64,000 nucleotides of DNA from an uncultured Gammaproteobacteria bacterium. Lineage in GTDB: Bacteria > Pseudomonadota > Gammaproteobacteria > SZUA-229. The position numbers were made by a program, and so were the translations under genes. Positions 57,352 through 64,000 of this stretch are shown here, piece by piece (the first letter of the stretch is position 1; the number at the start of each line of letters is the position of its first letter). The DNA is taken from assembly GCA_963768215.1 (NCBI GenBank), contig CAVYHW010000006.1, positions 426-64,425 of the forward strand. The letters are read 5' to 3'. The notes under the pieces are model-generated. The model did no database searches. It was not told the DNA's origin and worked only from the letters and a program-made list of their open reading frames with translations.

Positions 57352-57960
57352 TTGAGTGAAGCTTGCTGTATGAAGCAGGATCAACAAGGTGAGCAGAAAG
57401 AAGATAGGCAGAGCGAAGGCGGCGCTTCGGAAAAAGTCATTTTAGGACGAATTACCGGAGTTTACGGGGTAAAAGGCTGGCTTAAGGTATTTTCTTATAC
57501 CGATCCGATGGAATCCATTGTTGATTACAGTCCCTGGTATATCCGGCCTGAGAACAGAAGCAGGTCGCCATGGAAAAAGGTGAAACTTAGAGCAGGCAAA
57601 CGCCATGCTAAAACAGTGATAGCACAACTGGAACACTGTAATGATCGCGATGAAGCACAGGCTTACATTGGATCAGAAATAGCCATTGAGCCAGCTCAGC
57701 TTGAACAGCTGAGAGGTAAAAATCAATTTTACTGGCATGAGCTGACAGGTTTACGGGTAATTAACCAGCAGGGATTTGAGCTGGGTATAGTAAAAAGTTT
57801 GATGGAAACCGGCGCCAATGATGTGCTGGTGGTTGCTTCTGAAGAAGGCGCTGAGAAAGAAGGCGAAGAATGCCTGATTCCCTGGGTTTTGCAGCAGACG
57901 ATTATTTCAGTTGATCTGGCGCAAGGTACAATAGAGGTTGACTGGGACCCGGATTTTTAG
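57352..57960 (+). CDS. rimM: ribosome maturation factor RimM
   Basis: ILGRITGVYGVKGWLKVFSYTDP... Start uncertain (TTG 57352 or ATG 57370). Confidence 0.9.
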   Translation: MSEACCMKQDQQGEQKEDRQSEGGASEKVILGRITGVYGVKGWLKVFSYTDPMESIVDYSPWYIRPENRSRSPWKKVKLRAGKRHAKTVIAQLEHCNDRDEAQAYIGSEIAIEPAQLEQLRGKNQFYWHELTGLRVINQQGFELGIVKSLMETGANDVLVVASEEGAEKEGEECLIPWVLQQTIISVDLAQGTIEVDWDPDF

Positions 57961-58010
57961 CCTGAGTTATTTACCTGAGTTATTTATAGGTAACATGGTG
58001 AAACAGCGTT

Positions 58011-58826
58011 GTGAATATTTATATCATTAGTCTGTTTCCAGAGTTAATACAGCAGGCTGCCGGTTTTGGTGTGCTGGGACGTGCGATAAAACAGCAGCAG
58101 TTGACACTGGAATGTTTTAACCCGAGAGACTATACGCAGGACAAGCATCGCACGGTAGATGACCGGCCTTATGGTGGTGGTCCCGGCATGTTAATGAAAG
58201 TCGAACCATTAGCCAGGGCAATAATGGCGGCGAAAGCTGAAGCAGCTGAAAACACACCCGGGAAGGTGACAAAAGTGGTTTACATGAGTCCGCAGGGACA
58301 GAAGTTAAACCAGCAGTTGTTAGTTAACACAGCAGCAACTGACGAAAATTTGATTTTGATTGCTGGTCGTTATGAAGGCATAGACGAGCGAATTATACAG
58401 TCACTGGTTGATGCAGAATGGTCGATAGGTGATTATGTTATAAGTGGCGGTGAGTTTGCCGCACTGGTTGTAGTCGACGCCATTACCAGGTTGATACCCG
58501 GTGTTTTAGGTGATGATGAATCGGCTTTGCAGGATTCATATATGCAGGGTTCCGATATACATGGACTGCTGGATTACCCGCATTACACACGGCCGGAAAC
58601 AGTTGATGATCAAACTGTGCCGGATGTTTTATTAAGCGGTGATCATCAGGCGATACAACGCTGGCGTTTAAAGCAGGCATTAGGCCGTACCTGGTTAAGA
58701 AGACCGGACCTGCTGGATGCGATTAAAAAAGATGTCTCACGCTGGGATAAAGAAAAAGAGAGTTTGCTGGCAGAGTTTATAGCTGAGCAAGTGAAGGCTG
58801 AACAACCTGGGTCAGAGTCAAATTGA
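58011..58826 (+). CDS. trmD: tRNA (guanine37-N1)-methyltransferase
   Basis: IISLFPELI...[13 protein letters not shown]...; GTG start. Confidence 0.95.
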   Translation: MNIYIISLFPELIQQAAGFGVLGRAIKQQQLTLECFNPRDYTQDKHRTVDDRPYGGGPGMLMKVEPLARAIMAAKAEAAENTPGKVTKVVYMSPQGQKLNQQLLVNTAATDENLILIAGRYEGIDERIIQSLVDAEWSIGDYVISGGEFAALVVVDAITRLIPGVLGDDESALQDSYMQGSDIHGLLDYPHYTRPETVDDQTVPDVLLSGDHQAIQRWRLKQALGRTWLRRPDLLDAIKKDVSRWDKEKESLLAEFIAEQVKAEQPGSESN

Positions 58827-58917
58827 CGCTGCCCTTTTGAGCAGACAAAAAGTTAAACAGATTAACAAAGAGAATTAGATTAACTGAAGAGCAGGGCGCG
58901 AAAGCGGAGTTAAAGAT

Positions 58918-59280
58918 ATGAGTAACATAATTCAACAGCTTGAAGCTGAACAAATGACACGCGAAGTACCGGCGTTTTATCCTGGTGATACTGTAGTTGT
59001 TCAGGTACGTGTAAAGGAAGGTGATCGTGAGCGTTTACAGGCTTTCGAAGGCGTAGTAATTGCCAAACGTAACCGTGGCTTACACTCTGCATTTACAGTA
59101 CGTAAAATGTCTCATGGTGAAGGTGTTGAACGTGTGTTCCAGACCTACAGTAATGCAATTGGTGAGATAAAAGTCAAACGCAGCGGTAAAGTACGTCGCG
59201 CTAAACTTTACTACTTACGTGGTAGAACAGGTAAAGCGGCTCGTATTGCTGAAAAACTAAAGCTATCTGATAAAAAATAA
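58918..59280 (+). CDS. rplS: 50S ribosomal protein L19
   Basis: [13 protein letters not shown]...[28 protein letters not shown]. Confidence 0.97.
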   Translation: MSNIIQQLEAEQMTREVPAFYPGDTVVVQVRVKEGDRERLQAFEGVVIAKRNRGLHSAFTVRKMSHGEGVERVFQTYSNAIGEIKVKRSGKVRRAKLYYLRGRTGKAARIAEKLKLSDKK

Positions 59281-59312
59281 TAGCCAGTTAGATTTAAAGT
59301 TTTTTAATAAAA

Positions 59313-59341
59313 AGAGTGGTACATTGTACCGCTCTTTTTTT
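59313..59341 (+). terminator. rho-independent terminator after rplS
   Basis: AGAGTGGTAC-att-GTACCGCTCT (one G.U pair) followed by a T-run. Confidence 0.8.
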
Positions 59342-59438
59342 GCTTATTATTTAGAAATTAGAGAAAAAACTTTGCGTGCTTCGCGGCAAATTTTTTTTAA
59401 ATGCAGGTTTAACTCTGGATTGATAGAATCAAACCATG

Positions 59439-59727
59439 GTTAGCCCGAATATTTCATAGGAACGCTGAAGATCTCGCTTAACACTATGATTATTATAAGA
59501 AATAGTAGTATATTAGAAAAGTACACTATGTACTCGACAACGCTATGCAGTTTTTGGAAAAATATCAGTGGCCCCAGAATTCATTTATTTTGGGTACGAT
59601 TCTCCTGTAACCATAGCTATGGCTATGCCCATAACGTCATATTGGGGCGAATCGCTCAAACTGACTCACTGACCAATAAATAAATATGTTCCCCATTGTC
59701 TGCATTCCTATGAAATATTCGGGCTAG
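59439..59727 (+). mobile_element. MITE-like element, family F (copy 3)
   Basis: TTAGCCCGAATATTTCATAGGA ... TCCTATGAAATATTCGGGCTAG. It ends 19 nt before the next gene start. Confidence 0.7.
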
Positions 59728-59745
59728 CACAACAGGTTGTTCTTA

Positions 59746-61638
59746 ATGCGTATTTTATTTTCTGTGTTACTGGTATTTGGTCTGTGCACCGATAGCTGGT
59801 CAGAACAGGATAAACCGACTACTACCACCTCATCAGCTAGCGAACACATAACTTCAGCCGGCAATACGGGTGATAACAATCAGTCAATCACCTTTAAATC
59901 GCTGGCGCAAATGAACGAGCTTGTTGAGCTCGGTTTGCCTGCACTTGCTTTAAGTTTGCTGGATGATGAACAAAAAAAGCGTCAGCTATTTACCGCTGAC
60001 TGGTATGCCTTCGAATATAAACGCATCCTTTTATTGTCAGCCCTTGAACGATGGAAACAACTAATCGAACGTACACAATGGTTGTTTAATGCCGCAGTAC
60101 AGCAAGGGCATATCACACGCAAGATTTATTTTTGGTTTGAGACGCAGCAGGTGATTGCCAGGTTGCAATTAAAACAAAGCGATTTAGCGCTAGACCAGTT
60201 GCAGAATATGTTATGGACTTCAAAAGCTGAAAACAGAGATCCATCGTTACCATCTGTGTGGAGGCGGCTGGTAATTCGAGCTTATCTGCAGATGCAGCGG
60301 GATGATGATGCGCGAAGAGCGCTGGTCAAATATGAACGTGACTATAAAACGTATGAAACAGATATTGACTGGGTATTACTTCAGGCCCAGGTATTACTCA
60401 GAACAAACCGTCCACAGCAGGCAACTCAGGTTTTAAAACAAATTACTACTGATAATGCAGCCGATGTTGAAGCTCTTTTATTGATTGCCCGATTACAAAG
60501 TGAACCGAAAAGTGCGCAGGAAATTTATCAACAGATGCGCGAACAGCTTGATGGCCAGGCGTTAAATAAATCAGCACGATGGGCAAAATCCTATGTGGCG
60601 TATCTTGCTGCAAAAGTATTCGCAGACCAGTCAGCACAGATATTAAACCTGGAGTCGATGTTATCACTGAATATTGAGCATCCGGTGTTCGATGAAAACT
60701 ATCAGGTCAGCGCTGATGATTTATGGAACCTGTACAATAAACAGGGCCTGATCATTGCCAATGAGCATGCTTTGCTTTTTGGTAATGACGAACAGTGGCT
60801 GCAGTTATCAAATGAATTAATTGAAAGTGATCCGGAAAAGGCGTTACAGCTTAATGTTGCTCTGGTATTACATACAGAAAAATTTTCAACGCAACAAGGC
60901 CAGCACAAAACGATTGTTGAGATAATTGAAAAGCGTAAAAACGGCCTGGAATTAATCAACCAGCTCTATCTGCACAGTAATAAGGTAACTGATGTGGGCG
61001 TGCTGCCCGATGAGGTGCGTTATCGACTGGTGGATTATGCCTTGTCGGAAGGTGATTACTACGAGGCGGCGACAATAATGAAAAGCCTTGAAGAGCCTCC
61101 TGAAGGAAAAACCCTGTTTGACTGGCGTATGCGTAAAGCGCGTGTCTTAATATTGCAGGGTGAATATGCTCAGAGTGAAAATTTAATACGTAAAACATTT
61201 TCCGAGAAACCGAAAATTACACCAGCCGAACTGGACCGATATATTCAGGTTGTCTTTGATTTCCAGACGGTGCAGCAACATCAACAGGCAATTAAATTAT
61301 TCGATTTACTTTATATTGATGGTCTGGATGAAAAATTAAAACGCGAAATATATTTCTGGAAAGCCGAGTCATATTTTTCTCTGGAAAAGTATGACAGCGC
61401 TGCGTTATTTTATCTGCAATCAGCACGCGCCGTAATGGGCGCCGAAAATGATCTGTGGGCCCAGTCAGCCCGTTTTAAAGCGGGTAAGGCGCTCATGCTT
61501 GCCGGAATTTATTATGATGCAGAAAAAGTCTATACAGAATTATTGTTAATTACGACTAGTGAAAATAGAAAAGCATTAATTGAGCAGAACCTGCAGAAAA
61601 TACGATTATTGAAAAGCGCTGTAAAAAGCAGTAAATAG
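59746..61638 (+). CDS. large secreted helical-repeat (TPR-like?) protein of unknown function
   Basis: About 630 aa with signal peptide MRILFSVLLVFGLCTDSWS. Leu/Gln/Ala-rich helical composition. No family recognised. Confidence 0.55.
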   Translation: MRILFSVLLVFGLCTDSWSEQDKPTTTTSSASEHITSAGNTGDNNQSITFKSLAQMNELVELGLPALALSLLDDEQKKRQLFTADWYAFEYKRILLLSALERWKQLIERTQWLFNAAVQQGHITRKIYFWFETQQVIARLQLKQSDLALDQLQNMLWTSKAENRDPSLPSVWRRLVIRAYLQMQRDDDARRALVKYERDYKTYETDIDWVLLQAQVLLRTNRPQQATQVLKQITTDNAADVEALLLIARLQSEPKSAQEIYQQMREQLDGQALNKSARWAKSYVAYLAAKVFADQSAQILNLESMLSLNIEHPVFDENYQVSADDLWNLYNKQGLIIANEHALLFGNDEQWLQLSNELIESDPEKALQLNVALVLHTEKFSTQQGQHKTIVEIIEKRKNGLELINQLYLHSNKVTDVGVLPDEVRYRLVDYALSEGDYYEAATIMKSLEEPPEGKTLFDWRMRKARVLILQGEYAQSENLIRKTFSEKPKITPAELDRYIQVVFDFQTVQQHQQAIKLFDLLYIDGLDEKLKREIYFWKAESYFSLEKYDSAALFYLQSARAVMGAENDLWAQSARFKAGKALMLAGIYYDAEKVYTELLLITTSENRKALIEQNLQKIRLLKSAVKSSK

Positions 61639-61660
61639 TGAATAGTTAACAGTGAATAGT
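61631..61660. repeat. family J heptamer block (short)
   Basis: GTAAATAGTGAATAGTTAACAGTGAATAGT overlaps the stop of the preceding gene. Confidence 0.55.
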
Positions 61661-61732
61661 GCTCTGGAATCGATGCAGACGATTCTCAGCATACGACCTG
61701 CATGGATGTAGGAAGTGCAGAAAATACATATG

Positions 61733-61806
61733 TCCATGGATGGACGGTAGTAGGGTAATGCAGGAGCAATTACCGAGGAGCAATTTTCAGTCACTCCATC
61801 CATGGA
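61733..61806. repeat. perfect 12-bp inverted repeat whose right arm overlaps the ogt Shine-Dalgarno
   Basis: TCCATGGATGGA (61733-61744) and TCCATCCATGGA (61795-61806). GGAG at 61804-61807; ATG at 61815. Confidence 0.7.
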
Positions 61807-61814
61807 GATAAATT

Positions 61815-62300
61815 ATGAGTAGCAAAAGTTCACAAAACTATGCGGTAATTTTTACCACCGATATTGCAACCATAGGTTTACAGTTTGCTGGTTTGAAGTT
61901 AATAAAAGTAGATTATTTAAATAAAAAAACAGATAAAGCACCGACTACTAAATTGGCTGAAACGGTTAAAAATAAAATTGAAATATATCTTAAACCGAAT
62001 TCAAAAGTAAAAAATATAAATGTTGATATGCAGTTGAACATTAGCGTTTTTCAGGAAAAAGTATTAAAACAGTTATTGCAAATACCTTATGGTGAAACAC
62101 GGACCTACGGTGAGATAGCAACAAGTCTTAAAACCTCTCCGCGTGCAGTGGGTAATGCCTGTCGAAATAATCCTCTGCCGATTGTTATTCCCTGTCATCG
62201 TGTGGTCGCAGCAAAGGGTATTGGTGGTTACGCTGGTGCAACTGAAGGCGGACTGCTGGATATTAAATACCGCTTGTTACAGCTTGAAGGTGTGGTTTAG
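61815..62300 (+). CDS. ogt: methylated-DNA--protein-cysteine methyltransferase
   Basis: 161 aa. ...YGEIA...NPLPIVIPCHRVV... Confidence 0.85.
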   Translation: MSSKSSQNYAVIFTTDIATIGLQFAGLKLIKVDYLNKKTDKAPTTKLAETVKNKIEIYLKPNSKVKNINVDMQLNISVFQEKVLKQLLQIPYGETRTYGEIATSLKTSPRAVGNACRNNPLPIVIPCHRVVAAKGIGGYAGATEGGLLDIKYRLLQLEGVV

Positions 62301-62338
62301 GAGTGGTAATTTAAATCTTAAAAAGCAAAAAAATAATA

Positions 62339-62519
62339 TCCACAGATGAACACAGATAAACACAGATGTTTAGAAGCATAAATGTAGTAGTGTCATTACC
62401 AAGGGAAACTGGCTGACTAATAACACTATTACACATAAAACATTTTAATCTGTGTTTATCTGTGTTCATCTGTGGATTTAAAAAGTTTTTATTTGCGTGC
62501 ATTTGCATTCATTTGCGGA
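62339..62519. repeat. family A palindrome with inserted loop hairpin, plus ATTTGCG-unit tail
   Basis: TCCACAGATGAACACAGATAAACACAGAT ... ATCTGTGTTTATCTGTGTTCATCTGTGGAT, then ATTTGCGTGCATTTGCATTCATTTGCGGA. Confidence 0.75.
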
Positions 62520-62558
62520 AACAATTGTTTTTACCTGTATGAGCGTTATATTGCGCAG

Positions 62559-62665
62559 TCGCGATTGATGCGGTTCGTACCTCACCACATCCTACCGAAA
62601 TTCGTTAGCTGGTAAAAAGATTTACAAGTTAAATCAATTTGTTAGCCGTTATGTAAGGGCCATTC
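62559..62665. repeat. half of the composite E/C element (reverse complement of 25015-25120)
   Basis: GTCGCGATTGATGCGGTTCGTACCTCACCACATCCTAC...TTAGCCGTTATGTAAGGGCCATTC. Confidence 0.65.
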
Positions 62666-62695
62666 GTATCGGAGTCGGTTTTTTCGACTCCGATA
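62666..62695. other. perfect 12-bp hairpin
   Basis: GTATCGGAGTCG-gttttt-CGACTCCGATAC. Confidence 0.6.
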
Positions 62696-62745
62696 CCTGA
62701 ACCTTGTAACACCCAGCTTATAAAAAACAGAAAAAAGATTTATTC

Positions 62746-62836
62746 TTCCGCAAATGAACGCAAATTTTTAAAAAGTAAAAACAACATGCACAGATAACAC
62801 ATTTTATATTTCTAAATATCTGCGTTCATCTGTGGA
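62746..62836. repeat. family A palindrome (degenerate left arm)
   Basis: TTCCGCAAATGAACGCAAAT ... ATATCTGCGTTCATCTGTGGAT. Confidence 0.6.
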
Positions 62837-62864
62837 TTTAAAAAGTTTTTATTTGCGTGTATTT

Positions 62865-62936
62865 ACTACGCGCTTCCTGCGCTACGTCCTACGGACCGTA
62901 CTAGCGTACGTTCAAAATGCTCCCGGCATTTTAGTG
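62865..62936. mobile_element. 72-bp micro-insertion, family D (second copy)
   Basis: ACTACGCGCTTCCTGCGCTACGTCCTACGGACCGTACTAGCGTACGTTCAAAATGCTCCCGGCATTTTAGTG. It interrupts the ATTTGCG-unit tail, which is uninterrupted at 62491-62519. Confidence 0.65.
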
Positions 62937-63101
62937 CGTTCATTTGCGTAAACAATTGTTTTTACCTGTATGAGCGTTATATTGCGCAGTTGTGTATTTA
63001 ATACCTGTAATTTCTCTTTTCTAACTTGATAATACGAATAGCGTCCCCATAATCAGCAGCACTAGATCAAACCTTATTATTATTTATTATTGGAGTAAAA
63101 A

Positions 63102-64000
63102 ATGAGCGTTGAAGCGAGTAAAGAGACCCTCGAATTTCAAACAGAAGCCCGTCAAATCCTGCATTTGATGACCCATTCGCTGTATTCAAACAAGGAGATA
63201 TTCCTTCGAGAGCTGATTTCGAATGCATCCGATGCATGTGACAAGTTACGTTTTGAAGCTTTAGCTGATGACAGCCTGTATGACGGTGATACTGAATTAT
63301 CGATTCTCGTTGAATTCGATAAAGACGCAAATACCGTCACCATCATTGATAATGGTATTGGCATGTCTCGCCAGGAAGTGATTGAAAATGTGGGAACTAT
63401 TGCCAGTTCGGGTACCCGTAAATTTCTTGAAGAAATAACCGGTGATCAGGCGAAAGACTCGCAGATGATCGGCCAGTTCGGGGTTGGTTTTTATTCCAGT
63501 TTTATTGTTGCTGATAAAGTGACGCTGGAAACGCGCAGAGCAGGTGCTGCAGCCGATGAAGCAGTGCGTTGGGAATCTGATGGTGAAGGCAGTTTTTCTC
63601 TGGAAAACATCGAAAAAGCAGAGCGTGGCACCAAAGTTATTTTGCATCTTAAAAAAGGTGAAACAGAGTTTGCCAGTCCGCATCGCCTGAAAAACATTAT
63701 CAAACAGTATTCTGATCATATATCTATCCCTGTAATGATGTCTGAAGAAGAACGGGATGATGAAGGTAAGGCTAAAAAAGATGATGCCGGTAATACGCTA
63801 ACTAAACTTGAGCGGGTTAATAGTGCTGCTGCATTATGGGCGCGTGATAAAGGTGATATTACTGACGATGAATACAAAGAGTTTTATAAACATGTCAGTC
63901 TCGATTTTGCTGATCCTCTGAGCTGGATTCATTCGAAAGTAGAAGGCAACCAGAGTTACACGTCATTGCTGTATGTACCAACAAATCCACCGTTTGATTT
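63102..64000 (+). CDS. htpG: molecular chaperone HtpG (Hsp90), 5' part; continues beyond the window
   Basis: Hand translation from the ATG at 63102: [54 protein letters not shown]...[12 protein letters not shown]. Absent from the ORF track because there is no stop in the window. Confidence 0.95.
   Translation, partial: MSVEASKETLEFQTEARQILHLMTHSLYSNKEIFLRELISNASDACDKLRFEALADDSLYDGDTELSILVEFDKDANTVTIIDNGIGMSRQEVIENVGTIASSGTRKFLEEITGDQAKDSQMIGQFGVGFYSSFIVADKVTLETRRAGAAADEAVRWESDGEGSFSLENIEKAERGTKVILHLKKGETEFASPHRLKNIIKQYSDHISIPVMMSEEERDDEGKAKKDDAGNTLTKLERVNSAAALWARDKGDITDDEYKEFYKHVSLDFADPLSWIHSKVEGNQSYTSLLYVPTNPPFD

Noticed and set aside
22346-62836. Whether the recurring family A/B repeats could be a CRISPR array.
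   Set aside because: Copies occur as inverted pairs scattered in separate spacers. They do not form a regular direct-repeat/spacer ladder, no leader is present, and there are no cas genes in the window.

Overview
64-kb chromosomal window from a moderately AT-rich gammaproteobacterium. Hand-sampled 60-nt lines give about 35-47 % GC outside the island. The taxon cannot be assigned from sequence alone. There are about 55 protein genes, mostly housekeeping. Several blocks show E. coli-like synteny: bcp-gcvR-[pilZ]-dapA-bamC; corC/yfjD-ypjD next to ffh-rpsP-rimM-trmD-rplS; radA; xseB-ispA-dxs. Other recognised genes include queD-folE2, proS, pdxST and a partial htpG at the right edge. Also present are the O2-independent ubiquinone genes ubiU/ubiV/ubiT, an NnrS protein, a sigma54 enhancer-binding protein with a Cys/His-rich PAS-like sensor, and a porin / FMN-binding (SGAT flavinylation motif) / PepSY-TM cluster. 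I saw no rRNA, tRNA, CRISPR array, transposase, integrase or recognisable defence genes. Two things stand out. (1) The left ~8 kb is accessory. A GC-rich segment (sampled lines ~57-65 %) carries a ~1390-codon membrane-anchored cadherin-like / nine-haem cytochrome c gene and a lipoprotein SurA/parvulin-type PPIase gene. Both are interrupted by single-base frameshifts (4 + 1), while no other gene in the window is. The segment is preceded by a 1-kb AT-rich leader with a sigma54-type promoter and is flanked by relics of the neighbouring tlpA and DUF2059 genes. (2) Almost every intergenic spacer is filled with nested non-coding repeats. These include long palindromes whose arms are built from 7-10-nt tandem units and at least six MITE-like families with terminal inverted repeats. 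One ~290-bp family has a conserved hairpin/pseudoknot-capable core, sits inside operons and supplies the 3' end of dapA. There is also a 72-bp micro-insertion seen in filled and empty sites, and two local tandem duplications that copy gene ends. All family names are from my reading of the translated ORFs; no database search was possible.
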